DNA of 51,214 bases from an uncultured Pirellulaceae bacterium (GCA_964595515.1 CAZQQR010000001.1:18883-70096), one strand, 5' to 3'. Shown: positions 9,269-19,747, counted from the first letter of the stretch. A program made the numbers and translations. Notes: generated by a model not told the origin, from the letters alone.

Positions 9269-11527
9269 TTAACCAACGCGGCTAGGTTGGAACAGCCGGG
9301 TAAACCAGGTCGACGACAATCGGTCCCCGGCTACCGACGTTTCGGGATTGGACTTCATGCGAAGAAACCAAATCGTCAATCCCACACCAGCGATCGTCAT
9401 CAACGCACCAGGAATCAATCCGTATTGGTAGCTTAACCCATCGCTTGAATACAAAATGCGACTGAGAAACGGCGAGGGCTGGATTACCGAAGAGTCAGCT
9501 TGGCTTAACAACACAGCCAAGCTGTTGTGAGTCAAGTGGAACAAAATGCAAGGAATGATACTGCGAGTTTGGATCGCGATTAATCCAAGCACCATTCCAA
9601 CACCAAACGTCATGATGCTTTGTTGAATTACTCCGTGGGCCATGCCAAAGAACAAACTCGTCAGGAAGATCGCCTGCCATTTATTTTTCATTGATTCCAG
9701 GCCGGATAGAATAAATCCGCGATAGGCTAATTCTTCCAGTACAGCTGGTAAGAAAGCAATTGCCAACAACGTCGCCCAAAGCCCGGGCGAGTTGCCAAGA
9801 ATGTTGTCGATCGCTCGCTGCATCATGGCCAGATCACCGGCTGGCGGATACAGATACATCACGCCCGCTGAGAACCATGTGAATAACGGGTTCAACAGAA
9901 TCGCCAAAACGATCGCGGCACAAGCCACCGGAAATGAACACAGTTTTAATCGTAGCGATTTCGCTGGATTTCTAGTCAAAACGACGGCCATCATGATCGC
10001 AGGTGCGGCGATACCGGCCAGCAGGATAGTAAGTGTTACTTTGAAGAAGTCCGCAAAATTCGCCGGGGTGGTTGCGACCATATCTAGAAAGAACTTAGCC
10101 ATCAGAATGACGACCGCACATAAAATTGCATTTCCAAAAGATGGCAAGTCATGGCGTTCCCGCATAACGTGTTTCATCCAGGAGCCAATTCCGAATCGTT
10201 CGCTGGCCCGAAACAAGACAGTTTCACTGTTGAATTGGTGAACTGCCCAACGTACTGACAGCCAGCAACAAACAAGCGTCACAGCGCAAACCGGCCCAAA
10301 GAACTGAGCGCACTCGGTGTATTGTCCCTCAATCAGACCTCTAAGCATCAACATCAAACCACTGACGGGAATCAAGCTGGTTCCAAAATCCAGTTGTGCT
10401 CCTGGCAACATCGGAACCATCATCAGGGGCATGGAAATCATCATCAAAGGAACAAGGTAGTATTGTCCCTCTTTGCTACTGCGTGCGAACGCGGCGGCGG
10501 CGAGAGCGATCGCGCTGAACAGTGCGGAGATTGGAATGAGTGCCAACAATAGCCAGCCGATACTCGACAGTGGAGGAGCGCCGATTGGCATGCCACCACC
10601 AAGCGGATTCGAAGCACCCAGTCTGGCGACCACGAACAATCCGGTGACTCCCATACTCAGCAAATTCAGAATCGATGTCGCGATACTGAATGTCATAACG
10701 GTTAACAGTTTACCAATCGCGATTTCTGATCGCTCGGCTGGACTGCTCAACAGCGTTTCAAACGTTCCTCTTTCTTTTTCACCGGCAACCAAATCGATCG
10801 CTGGATAAAATGCTCCGGTCAAGCACCAGATCATGACAATAAAAGGAAGTATTTTTGACCAAGCCGCGGCTTTTTTACCACTTTGATCAGCAACGTCGGT
10901 CAAGTTCACTCGAAAGCCTTGGGCTTTGGTGATCGAAACCCCAACGTCCGAAAGTGATTTGGTTACGAATGCTGTTTTCCATTCATCCAAAGCGCGTGCG
11001 AATCGTTCAACGCCAATTCGTGATTTATCGTTGGCGGTGTTCTGAAATAGGAATATCTCAGGAAGCTTGTTCCCGGATTCTGGATCTTGAGAATCGAATT
11101 TAGATGGAATGAAAACTGCCAGATCGAGTTTTCTTTCCTTCATCTCCCGTTCGATCATCTCATCGACGAGCGCCGGCGCTCTTTTCATGCCGGGACGCGT
11201 TCTGAAATCGCGAAAAATTGATTGGAACTCTTTATTGTTCTCACTGGAGAAACTTAGTTGCAACAGATTTCTGTCTTTTTCGTTGACATACTCAGGATTG
11301 AGTTCGCCATCTTTGATCAGTGGAGTTTCGGCAGGAAGATTCTCTTCGCCGACGATCCAGACTTTGGTTGGGTACTCACGCATGAACTGGGCGACTTGGA
11401 GCATCGCCATACCCATCAACGGATATAAAATGAGCGGCATCACGACGACTGTGAACAGTGTTCGACGGTCGCGCAATTGATCCCGAAGTTCGCGGGAAAA
11501 AATTAATTTAACGTTGGGCCATTTCAT
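9269..11527 (-). CDS. natB: NatB-type ABC permease fused to a CPBP (CAAX/Abi) intramembrane protease
   Basis: RELRDQLRDRRTLF and AGEKERGTFETLLSSP (NatB); C-terminal EELAYRG, FGMAH and HLTHN (CPBP motifs). Confidence 0.85.
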   Translation of the reverse strand: MKWPNVKLIFSRELRDQLRDRRTLFTVVVMPLILYPLMGMAMLQVAQFMREYPTKVWIVGEENLPAETPLIKDGELNPEYVNEKDRNLLQLSFSSENNKEFQSIFRDFRTRPGMKRAPALVDEMIEREMKERKLDLAVFIPSKFDSQDPESGNKLPEIFLFQNTANDKSRIGVERFARALDEWKTAFVTKSLSDVGVSITKAQGFRVNLTDVADQSGKKAAAWSKILPFIVMIWCLTGAFYPAIDLVAGEKERGTFETLLSSPAERSEIAIGKLLTVMTFSIATSILNLLSMGVTGLFVVARLGASNPLGGGMPIGAPPLSSIGWLLLALIPISALFSAIALAAAAFARSSKEGQYYLVPLMMISMPLMMVPMLPGAQLDFGTSLIPVSGLMLMLRGLIEGQYTECAQFFGPVCAVTLVCCWLSVRWAVHQFNSETVLFRASERFGIGSWMKHVMRERHDLPSFGNAILCAVVILMAKFFLDMVATTPANFADFFKVTLTILLAGIAAPAIMMAVVLTRNPAKSLRLKLCSFPVACAAIVLAILLNPLFTWFSAGVMYLYPPAGDLAMMQRAIDNILGNSPGLWATLLAIAFLPAVLEELAYRGFILSGLESMKNKWQAIFLTSLFFGMAHGVIQQSIMTFGVGMVLGLIAIQTRSIIPCILFHLTHNSLAVLLSQADSSVIQPSPFLSRILYSSDGLSYQYGLIPGALMTIAGVGLTIWFLRMKSNPETSVAGDRLSSTWFTRLFQPSRVG

Positions 11528-11529
11528 GG

Positions 11530-12327
11530 TTACTCTTTCCCTTCCGCGACCAGCTGTTTGTTGGGAGAGGGCTTTTGAGAAGTATGTTGTTTTTCAGATT
11601 TTGAAATCAATTGGTAGAACAACTCTTCAAGGTCGTACTCGTTGTGTTCTTTGGAAAGTTCGTCAATCGTGCCTTCGTCAAGAATTTTTCCACGGTTCAT
11701 GATGGCGACTCGATCGCAAAGCCGGCTGACTTCGGACATGATGTGAGAGGAGAAAATGATGCACTTTCCGTGGTCTCTCAATCGCTCTACTGTTCCTAAA
11801 ACTTCGCGAGCGGCGAGAATGTCCAAACCGGAGGTTGCTTCATCAAAAATCAATACGGGCGGGTTGTGGATCATCGCTCGGACGATGGAGACTTTTTGTT
11901 TCATACCTGTTGACATTTTGCTGCCAAGAATTGATCGCATCTCATTCATCTGAAATCGATCAAACAGGTTTTCCATTCGAGAGTGTAGCTGTTCAATGGG
12001 CAGTCCGTAGAGCTGGCCGAAGTATTGAACCATCTCCCAGGCGGTCATTCGGTCGTAGATCGCGGTGTTGGTCGAGACGAATCCGATTTGCCGACGCACT
12101 TCGCCAGGAGACTTGTCGACGTCAAAACCGTTCACGATGGCCGTTCCGTGGGTTGGCTTTAACACGGTACTCAAGATTCTAAGAGTGGTGGTTTTTCCAG
12201 CTCCGTTAGGCCCCAGCAACCCGTAAATTTGGCCAGGCATGGCGTCGAAGCTGATTCCGTCCAAAGCCGTAAAGGATCCGGTTTGAACTTCGCTATAGGT
12301 TTTCGTCAATTGACGTACATGAATCAT
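11530..12327 (-). CDS. natA: NatA-type ABC transporter ATP-binding protein
   Basis: [37 protein letters not shown]; ends 2 bp before natB. Confidence 0.85.
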   Translation of the reverse strand: MIHVRQLTKTYSEVQTGSFTALDGISFDAMPGQIYGLLGPNGAGKTTTLRILSTVLKPTHGTAIVNGFDVDKSPGEVRRQIGFVSTNTAIYDRMTAWEMVQYFGQLYGLPIEQLHSRMENLFDRFQMNEMRSILGSKMSTGMKQKVSIVRAMIHNPPVLIFDEATSGLDILAAREVLGTVERLRDHGKCIIFSSHIMSEVSRLCDRVAIMNRGKILDEGTIDELSKEHNEYDLEELFYQLISKSEKQHTSQKPSPNKQLVAEGKE

Positions 12328-12561
12328 CGCTACAACACGAATTTTATGCGCATGAAAATGATGACCGTGAGGGCATCTAAAAATGGCTTGGCTATTCCCG
12401 ACTCGTCCGCCGAAAACAAACCCAATACGAGAACATTAGCTTTCAATTAGCAGGCAGGCAGAGCAAACCAATCGGTTTGTGATGATGGCAACGATTGTCA
12501 GGAATTTTTCTCGAAATAGTTCGTTGGACGGACCGAAACAACCAAAACACGGAAGATAGAA

Positions 12562-13938
12562 ATGGATTCACCCCCAATCTCAGCACCCACGGTAGGTGCA
12601 TTTCAAGACGCAGCTGTCGGCGTTGGAAGTGGAACGAATGACGAATCAGTGGTTGTCGGTGCTAATTTCAAACCGTCAGAGCCACAGTCGCTCAAAGAAG
12701 CTGGTTTGAATCCCAATGACCTGTTCCCGTTGGTCCTCAAATTTCTTTTCCTGCACGGGAATGCTTCCGGCGCAAGAATGGCAAACCAAGTCAAAATTCC
12801 TTTTAACTTGTTGCGACCGATCCTTGATACGCTCAAGGCTGATCTTCTCATTGGGCACAAGCAATCTGCGGGTGTTTCGGATTACGAATACGAATTGTCA
12901 CCAAAGGGTGTGGAGCAAGCTCGAATTCATCTTTCGCGTAGTACTTACTGCGGTTCAGCGCCGATTAGTTTGGCTGCCTACAAGAATTCGATCAAAAAGC
13001 AGTCTATCAAAAACCTCAAGCCAACCTTCGACGACGTTCAGAAGGCTTTGAAAGATCTCGAAGTCACCAATCTGCAGGTTAGCCAGATTGGGCAGGCTAT
13101 CAACTCAGGAAAGAGCTTGTTTCTCTTCGGCGCACCCGGCAACGGTAAAACAAGCATCGCCAAACGAGTGATTTTGTCGCTCGGGAAATACGTTTGGATT
13201 CCAAGAGCCATCACGGTCGGCGGCGAAGTGATTCGAATGTTCGACCCGAGTGTTCACAAAGCCGCTCCTTTGGCGGCCTCCGATTCTATTTTGAATGAAC
13301 AGCGCGTCGACGAGCGATGGATTCGAATTGAGCGACCAACCATTGTTGTTGGTGGTGAGCTTGAGATGAAACATCTGGATGCGACACTGAATCCCGTGAC
13401 TGGAATTATCGAAGCTCCGATTCACGCCAAAAGTAATTGCGGATGCCTCGTGGTGGATGATTTTGGTCGTCAACAAATTTCGACTGACGAATTGTTGAAC
13501 CGTTGGATTGTTCCGATGGAATCTGGCATGGACTATATCAACCTTCCATCTGGTCGGCAGATTTCATTGCCGTTTGAACAGCTACTGATATTCTCAACCA
13601 ACCTTGAGCCAACTTCGTTGTGTGACGAAGCGTTTCTGCGTCGAATCCCGTACAAGGTAGAAGTCTTCGATCCAACAGAGCCTCAGTTCCGACGCTTGTT
13701 TGACAAAGAGCTTAAGCGGATGGAATTCCAAAGTGAGCCTGGCGTCCTGGATCACCTGATTGAGTATCACTACAAACGTGTCGGACGCCCATTCCGATTT
13801 TGCCATGTGCTGGATTTGCTAAACCAGTGTCAAGACTTTTGTGAGTTCCATCGTCGCCCGAATCAGTTCAACAAAGACATTCTTGAATTGGCCGTTCTCA
13901 ATTACTTCTCCGGAATGGCAGGGCAACTCCACGTCTAA
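12562..13938 (+). CDS. AAA+ family ATPase with probable N-terminal winged-helix region
   Basis: Walker A GAPGNGKT, Walker B LVVDDFG, FSTNL sensor, DEAFLRRI arginine finger. Confidence 0.85.
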   Translation: MDSPPISAPTVGAFQDAAVGVGSGTNDESVVVGANFKPSEPQSLKEAGLNPNDLFPLVLKFLFLHGNASGARMANQVKIPFNLLRPILDTLKADLLIGHKQSAGVSDYEYELSPKGVEQARIHLSRSTYCGSAPISLAAYKNSIKKQSIKNLKPTFDDVQKALKDLEVTNLQVSQIGQAINSGKSLFLFGAPGNGKTSIAKRVILSLGKYVWIPRAITVGGEVIRMFDPSVHKAAPLAASDSILNEQRVDERWIRIERPTIVVGGELEMKHLDATLNPVTGIIEAPIHAKSNCGCLVVDDFGRQQISTDELLNRWIVPMESGMDYINLPSGRQISLPFEQLLIFSTNLEPTSLCDEAFLRRIPYKVEVFDPTEPQFRRLFDKELKRMEFQSEPGVLDHLIEYHYKRVGRPFRFCHVLDLLNQCQDFCEFHRRPNQFNKDILELAVLNYFSGMAGQLHV

Positions 13939-13976
13939 GATCAAGATAGGCTAAACAGCGATTAAATCGAAAACTC

Positions 13977-14017
13977 AAACGGCAATACGGGCAAGTTCTG
14001 TATTGCCGTTTTGTTTT
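13977..14017 (+). terminator. Intrinsic terminator after the AAA ATPase gene
   Basis: Stem AAACGGCAATACGG / CTGTATTGCCGTTT followed by TGTTTT. Confidence 0.8.
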
Positions 14018-14109
14018 GGATTTTCAAGTACCTTTTCGTTTCCAATTCAGTCACTAAAATTGGGGTACTCCAAGACAAACACTTTGATTTCTAATCCTGA
14101 TTGCCTGCT

Positions 14110-14649
14110 ATGAATAACAGAATTGCCGTTCTCGTTGTTTTTGTTTTTTGCTCTTACGCTCAGCCGGCGCTGGGGCAACAGCTTGGGTTTACTCAGACGG
14201 TTGAGCCTCCAAGTTTGAGGTACCAATTACCTCAGATCCTGAATGAACCAACGTTTCCATCGCCCCGTGCTATTGGTAGTTCGGTTTTTGATGTACAGGC
14301 AGGAAGTACGTTTTCACCTGCTCCCGTTTTTCGTCCATCGTTTGTTCAGCCTCAGTCTCAGCCTCAGTCTCAGCCACTGCAGTATGCCGGAGCAACTGAA
14401 TCGGGAACAATCTTGAGTTTGCCCAATCGGCAAATCGTAATGCGACCTACTTTTCAGATTTCTGCAGATACAAGCCTAGTGGTTGGCAAACCAGTTCCTT
14501 TCGGTAATTCAATTCCTTATTCGTTTCAGAATGACGGGATTCCAACCTTAGAACAACGCCGCGAAATTCGGCAGATGCCGATTGAATCTCGCCCGAATCG
14601 GCCGATGCACTTTTACGGAAACACGGTTCGTCGTCGTGGTGGTTGGTAG
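14110..14649 (+). CDS. Secreted planctomycete hypothetical protein
   Basis: Signal peptide (..AQPALG-QQ), P/Q/S-rich body with QPQSQPQSQP, C-terminal RPNRPMHFYGNTVRR. Confidence 0.7.
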   Translation: MNNRIAVLVVFVFCSYAQPALGQQLGFTQTVEPPSLRYQLPQILNEPTFPSPRAIGSSVFDVQAGSTFSPAPVFRPSFVQPQSQPQSQPLQYAGATESGTILSLPNRQIVMRPTFQISADTSLVVGKPVPFGNSIPYSFQNDGIPTLEQRREIRQMPIESRPNRPMHFYGNTVRRRGGW

Positions 14650-14672
14650 TCGCGGAATGTCGCACCGGCAGG

Positions 14673-15299
14673 CTACTTGTTGCCGTTGATGAGCGACATG
14701 AACTCGGCTCGAGTCGACTGATTCTTTTTGAATTCACCACGAAGTGCACTCGTAATCGTTCTCGCTCCTGGTTTGCGGATTCCTCGAATACTCATGCAAG
14801 AGTGTTCGGCGTTGACAACGACGGCGACGCCTTTGGTTTTTAAGTGCTCGTCCACCAACTCAGCAACGGTCGAAGTCATTCGTTCTTGAACCTGCGGCTT
14901 GCGAGAAATTTCTTCGACCACGCGAGCGATCTTGCTCAGCCCGGTGACTTTTCCATCGGGAATGTACGCCACGTGGGCAACTCCACTAAACGGCAATAGG
15001 TGATGCTCGCACATGCTTGTGAATTGAATGTCACGAATCAGCACCATTTCGTCGTACTGTTCAGGGAAGGTAACTTTGAGATGGCGAGCGGGATCTTGTC
15101 TAAGTCCAGAAAACATTTCCGCGTACATTTTGGCGACACGACGGGGTGTTTCCAGTAGCCCGGGGCGATCAGGATCTTCACCAACGGCTTCAAGAATGGT
15201 TCGGACAGCGGACTTGATGGCTTCCAAATCGACTTCGGTTTCAATTTTCGAATTCAACGATTTATCCAATGCGATGACAGTGTTTACCCACGTAAACAA
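14673..15299 (-). CDS. folE: GTP cyclohydrolase I
   Basis: [44 protein letters not shown]; true start may be ~15269. Confidence 0.95.
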   Translation of the reverse strand: MFTWVNTVIALDKSLNSKIETEVDLEAIKSAVRTILEAVGEDPDRPGLLETPRRVAKMYAEMFSGLRQDPARHLKVTFPEQYDEMVLIRDIQFTSMCEHHLLPFSGVAHVAYIPDGKVTGLSKIARVVEEISRKPQVQERMTSTVAELVDEHLKTKGVAVVVNAEHSCMSIRGIRKPGARTITSALRGEFKKNQSTRAEFMSLINGNK

Positions 15300-15444
15300 T
15301 ATACGGATTGAGCTCGTAGTTGACAGTCCGCGAACGAATTTACTGTCAGCAAAATTTGACTGTTTCTAAATTCGCCGCAGCAAATGCTGGACAGCAAGAA
15401 TCGTTCATTCGCCGGGCGAACAACGATCCAATTCGATCCATCGG

Positions 15445-17181
15445 CTATTTTCCGGAAGTGTCCTCGGACGGCGCGTTTGGATTCTCGGCCGTTTCCGGTT
15501 CAGATGGTGTTTCCTTTTTCGGAACCGGAGTTCCCGTCACACGGAAACTTCGATGAGCGTAGTAAGTTCGCTCATGCATGTCGACGGTTTTGACCTGCAA
15601 TAAATGCGCGCCGGGCAAAATGTCAGCCGGTAAATTTGCTTTCCAAAGATGATGAGAATTCCTTGGTTTTGCCAATTTTCTTTCAGCTTCGGAATCTCGT
15701 TTAGCAAGCTCGACATAGTAAGGGTCGGTCGTGAATTCTTTCTTGAGCTCAATCCAATCTCCATTGTCGACAGACATTGAAACGGTTGATTTTTCGGAGC
15801 CGTTGTAGACGTTGACCCATACTTCTTGTTGATCAGTCGCATTGGTGTCCATGCGAGAGCCTAAGTGAATTCGCATTTGATCGCTGGCTGGCGAGCCGGC
15901 GGCTTTGAAATCCATGCGGTAACCCTGTTCATCGAACGTCATCATCGAATAGCCATTGGGAGCTCCATCGGCCATGGTTGTGTGCGGGATACCGTTCTCA
16001 TTTTTGGCTCCCGACCACCAACTGCCACTGACCGTCACATTGACGATGTGGTGATGTGGTTGCTCTCCATTGAACCCATCTTTTTTACCGAGGAACATGT
16101 GGCGATGATCATGCGTGTGCCCTGAAACTGAAACGCAGTAGGGGCGTTTTTCAATAAGTTCAAACAAACCGGTTTTGTCTTCAACGCCCATGATCGGAAT
16201 GTGCATTAGCAGGACAACCATTTGAGTTTCCGGAATCATGGAGAGATCTTTTTTGACAAACTCGAGTTGCTGCTCTCCAAATTTGGCAAAGTAGTGATGT
16301 CGTTTTGCCTTTTCCGTCGGCCCTCGCCAATCAATGTTGTCTAACACGACGAAGTGAACTTGGCCGTAGTCGAAAGAGTAGTACGACGGTCCGTAAGTGG
16401 CTTCGAAAGTTTCGTTAATGTTCTTTCGAACTTTGGCGTCCAGATTGAGATCATGATTGCCGATCACGTTGTACCAAGGAATTCCGATCAGCCCGATCGC
16501 TTGGTTCAGAGATTTGAACGTATCCAAATTGTCGAAGGCGATGTCTCCAAGGGTAACGCCGAATGCGTTTTCCTGATCGCCAACCAACTCAGAAATCACG
16601 TCGTGCATCGCGTACTCGACTTCTTGGTTGTTGCGAGGTTGAGGGTCGCCAAACAAAAGGATCTTGAACGCCTCAGGTTCGTCCTGACGGTAAAGCGGGA
16701 AGTCAATCGATTGGGGAAGAGCACCCGTTGGTTTGACTCCTCGAAATTTGAACTTGGGTGAGCCGCTGGGTTTGTGAAGGTAGTAAAACTTTGGCAAATT
16801 GTTTTCGTCCAATCGAGTTCGAAAACCGTTTGGCTTGATGACGAAGATCGCCATGTCTTCTTCGATTGGAAGTTCGTATCGCCCAAGCGCATCCGTCTCC
16901 ACGATGTCGATTCCATTGGAAACCTTGACTCCTGAGTAGGCTGAGTCGTTTTCCCCATATTTTCCATCGTTATCGATGTCATGGAATACAATTCCAGTTG
17001 CCACCGGGCCTGCTGGTTTTTGAGGTGTTGAATTCGCTGGAGTCTCAACGACCGGGGCATCATCCGGCTGCGGAGTCACTCTTTCCTGAACAACTCGTCC
17101 GATAGACGGCGCGGCGTCAATGGACAACGAAAAAGCGATAAGAATCAGAACTGAGAGGTAAGTTGGAAACCGATTTTTCAT
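15445..17181 (-). CDS. Secreted calcineurin-like metallophosphoesterase
   Basis: Signal peptide; GIVFHDIDNDG N-terminal domain; GDPQ, LGDIAFD, IGNHD, MHIP, SGHTH motifs. Confidence 0.9.
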   Translation of the reverse strand: MKNRFPTYLSVLILIAFSLSIDAAPSIGRVVQERVTPQPDDAPVVETPANSTPQKPAGPVATGIVFHDIDNDGKYGENDSAYSGVKVSNGIDIVETDALGRYELPIEEDMAIFVIKPNGFRTRLDENNLPKFYYLHKPSGSPKFKFRGVKPTGALPQSIDFPLYRQDEPEAFKILLFGDPQPRNNQEVEYAMHDVISELVGDQENAFGVTLGDIAFDNLDTFKSLNQAIGLIGIPWYNVIGNHDLNLDAKVRKNINETFEATYGPSYYSFDYGQVHFVVLDNIDWRGPTEKAKRHHYFAKFGEQQLEFVKKDLSMIPETQMVVLLMHIPIMGVEDKTGLFELIEKRPYCVSVSGHTHDHRHMFLGKKDGFNGEQPHHHIVNVTVSGSWWSGAKNENGIPHTTMADGAPNGYSMMTFDEQGYRMDFKAAGSPASDQMRIHLGSRMDTNATDQQEVWVNVYNGSEKSTVSMSVDNGDWIELKKEFTTDPYYVELAKRDSEAERKLAKPRNSHHLWKANLPADILPGAHLLQVKTVDMHERTYYAHRSFRVTGTPVPKKETPSEPETAENPNAPSEDTSGK

Positions 17182-17320
17182 TTTGATGCCAAAAAAGAAC
17201 GCCAGGTGGAGTTTCTATCGTGATTCGCAGGGCGGTTAATTCAACTACTTGTCGTAAGATTCTTGTCCGAATTGCTGTTAACCGAAAGTTGTCTTAGAAT
17301 CGCGGGGGCTAGGATACTCT

Positions 17321-17755
17321 TTGTTAACTGTGAACATTGTGAATTTAGAATTTACCGACGCTGAATTAGAAGCCTATCTCGATGAGTCATTGGATGCGAC
17401 AAGGGCCGCAGATATTGAACAGGCGGTCCGAGAAGACGCAAAACTGCTTGAACGGCTGTCGATGATCAATGGACGACGTGATGCAGGGATTCACACGTTG
17501 GGCGAGATCTGGCGGAGAAATCAGATGGGCGTGCCGCCTTTGGAGGTGATGACCCAGTCGTTCGAAGGGAATCTTACAGGCGAGCATGCTGACTACATCA
17601 AGTTTCGAATGGAAGTTCTAAAATGCCCTTTCACGTTGGCGATGTATCGTGATCTAGAAGCCCAAAAGAACGAGAGCTCGGAGCAGTCACAATCTCGACG
17701 AGAAAAGTTCTTCGAAAAAAGCGCTCGGTTGCTGCGAAAAAATGACGAAGAGTAG
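17321..17755 (+). CDS. Hypothetical protein, anti-sigma (zf-HC2-like) planctomycete family
   Basis: ELEAYLDESLD..RAADIE resembles anti-sigma N-termini; start may be GTG at ~17339. Confidence 0.6.
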   Translation: MLTVNIVNLEFTDAELEAYLDESLDATRAADIEQAVREDAKLLERLSMINGRRDAGIHTLGEIWRRNQMGVPPLEVMTQSFEGNLTGEHADYIKFRMEVLKCPFTLAMYRDLEAQKNESSEQSQSRREKFFEKSARLLRKNDEE

Positions 17756-17809
17756 ATTCACGGAGAAGTAGATCCATTCGTCGTAGCTGTTTCTTCAGAT
17801 CCCATTCGC

Positions 17810-17840
17810 AAAAAAAATGCCGACTCAACGAGTCGGCATT
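17810..17840 (-). terminator. Intrinsic terminator for the LEPRxLL/RTX protease gene
   Basis: Perfect stem AATGCCGACTC / GAGTCGGCATT with an A8 tract on + (U tract on -). Confidence 0.85.
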
Positions 17841-17872
17841 GGTTCTCTCGACTGCACAGTCCTAATCAAGCT

Positions 17873-19747
17873 CTAAAAGTCTTTCAAGAACGTGCTGTGG
17901 TTGATAATTGCGTTGATCTGCGTCTGAGTCAAATTAGAGTCCTTTGGCAAAGCATTCATCAAGTTGTTCGTGGCACTGACGTGGTCGAGACCAAGATTGT
18001 GGGCGACTTCATGGGCCGTCAAAATCGCAGTCGCGATCCGACCTTCTTCCGTCGTCACCAAGTTATCACCAATTGCAATCGTGACGCCATTTTGAAGCAG
18101 AAGGTTTGGTCCGTTCAAAAATGCAAGGCCGACAGATGTGTTCTCGCCGATATCGTTAAAGCCTGGTGACTTTTCCACAAAAAATACATTGATGACTTGA
18201 GAGTCATTGCTCGAAATATTGGCAGACGCGGCCATATCACGAATCGTTCCCAAGTCACTGGTTGGTCGAGTCGATGCAGAACCAACATTCACAAAGTTGT
18301 TGTTCCAGTTCTTTTCTGCCAGCCATTGAACTTCCAATCCGGCCTCCAAAAAGATCGCATCGACCTGATCTTTGATGAATAACTCAGAAGTCGCATCGCC
18401 AAAGAATTCAGCACGATTGGTACCATTTGTATTGGCTGCGATCACAGGTTGAATGACGATCTTCTTGGTTAGAAGATCGGCTCCATCACGCGGAGCAGGA
18501 GCGGAATCTTCGTAGTTACATGATGCTGCGCTACATGTGGTTACAAAGCTAAAGAACTCGTCGGCGGCAAATCCCGAAATAGTGTCTTTGCCCGTTAAGT
18601 TGTTACTTCGAGTGTCGTCCGCAACGTAACGACCTTGTTCAGTAGTGATTTTATAGTTCGCTGTGTTTCCATCGAACTGGACGCGATCTCGCCCCGATTG
18701 TCCATTGATAATATCGTTACCAGTCCAGCCAACCAGAACGTCCCAACCATCGCCTCCGTAGAGTTCGTCGTCGCCTTCATCCCCGTAGAGAGCATCGGTG
18801 TTTCCAAGTCCCCGAATCGTATCGTTTCCAAGGTTGCCTCGGATATAGTCGAGTGTTTGGAAACTGGCATTACCCGGTACGCTAACGACCGGATTGTTGG
18901 CGCCCGTCAGATTGTCATCGCCGTTTTGACCGAAGATCCAGTTTTGTCCGCTGCCACCGACAATGATATCGTCCCCGTCACCACCATACAGGACATCCCA
19001 ACCACCACCGCCAGTGATGCGATCGTTGCCGCCCAAGCCAAGTACTAACTCGCCTTGGGCTGTTACGTCACCCCCGTTGTTACTGGGGACTCCGCCTGCG
19101 CCGGTGTTGATTACGTCGTCGCCATCAAAAGCGAAGATCTTGTCGATCCCATTGCCGCCCATGATGTTGTCGACAAAGTTTCCGCCGTAGATCGTGTCGT
19201 TACCGTCTTGACCAGCGATCGTGTTTGTTCCGGTGAAACTTCCAAACACCATGTCGTCGCCGCTTCCTGCCTCAATCGTATCGTTGCCAGCGCTTCCAAC
19301 GATTCGGTCGTTACCTGCATTGCCAAACAGAAAGTCGTTGCCGTGTCCGCCAACGATGTTGTCGATCCCTGATCCTCCTCGGAGAGTATCGTTGCCAGCG
19401 TGACCTACCATTTCCGATTCGAGGGAAGTTCCGTTAGTAAAGTTGTCGTCTCCCTCTAGCCCAATAAAGATCACTTTGTCGACGTCTGACAAGGCATAGG
19501 TTTCAACACCGAAGCCCTGAATCTGTGCTTGGTACATTCCGTTGACAACATCAATCCGGCCAGAGTTGTTCCCGGCATCACCAAAAATGGTTAGATCTTT
19601 GGTTGCGGCGTCGTAGGTAATTCCGGCCAGCAGTTGCCTTGGTTCAAGCGGTTGAAAATCAAAATGATTTATTTTGTTTCGGCTTCGATGGGGAGCAGTA
19701 GTTTTCTTCGGTTGCATCAGGTTTGTCAGAAACGATCGGAAAGACAT
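17873..19747 (-). CDS. LEPRxLL-motif extracellular protein with RTX Ca-binding repeats and a C-terminal metzincin Zn protease
   Basis: FQPLEPRQLLA near the N-terminus, many GGxGxDxI nonapeptides, C-terminal HEVAHNLGLDH followed by NLM Met-turn. Confidence 0.85.
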   Translation of the reverse strand: MSFRSFLTNLMQPKKTTAPHRSRNKINHFDFQPLEPRQLLAGITYDAATKDLTIFGDAGNNSGRIDVVNGMYQAQIQGFGVETYALSDVDKVIFIGLEGDDNFTNGTSLESEMVGHAGNDTLRGGSGIDNIVGGHGNDFLFGNAGNDRIVGSAGNDTIEAGSGDDMVFGSFTGTNTIAGQDGNDTIYGGNFVDNIMGGNGIDKIFAFDGDDVINTGAGGVPSNNGGDVTAQGELVLGLGGNDRITGGGGWDVLYGGDGDDIIVGGSGQNWIFGQNGDDNLTGANNPVVSVPGNASFQTLDYIRGNLGNDTIRGLGNTDALYGDEGDDELYGGDGWDVLVGWTGNDIINGQSGRDRVQFDGNTANYKITTEQGRYVADDTRSNNLTGKDTISGFAADEFFSFVTTCSAASCNYEDSAPAPRDGADLLTKKIVIQPVIAANTNGTNRAEFFGDATSELFIKDQVDAIFLEAGLEVQWLAEKNWNNNFVNVGSASTRPTSDLGTIRDMAASANISSNDSQVINVFFVEKSPGFNDIGENTSVGLAFLNGPNLLLQNGVTIAIGDNLVTTEEGRIATAILTAHEVAHNLGLDHVSATNNLMNALPKDSNLTQTQINAIINHSTFLKDF

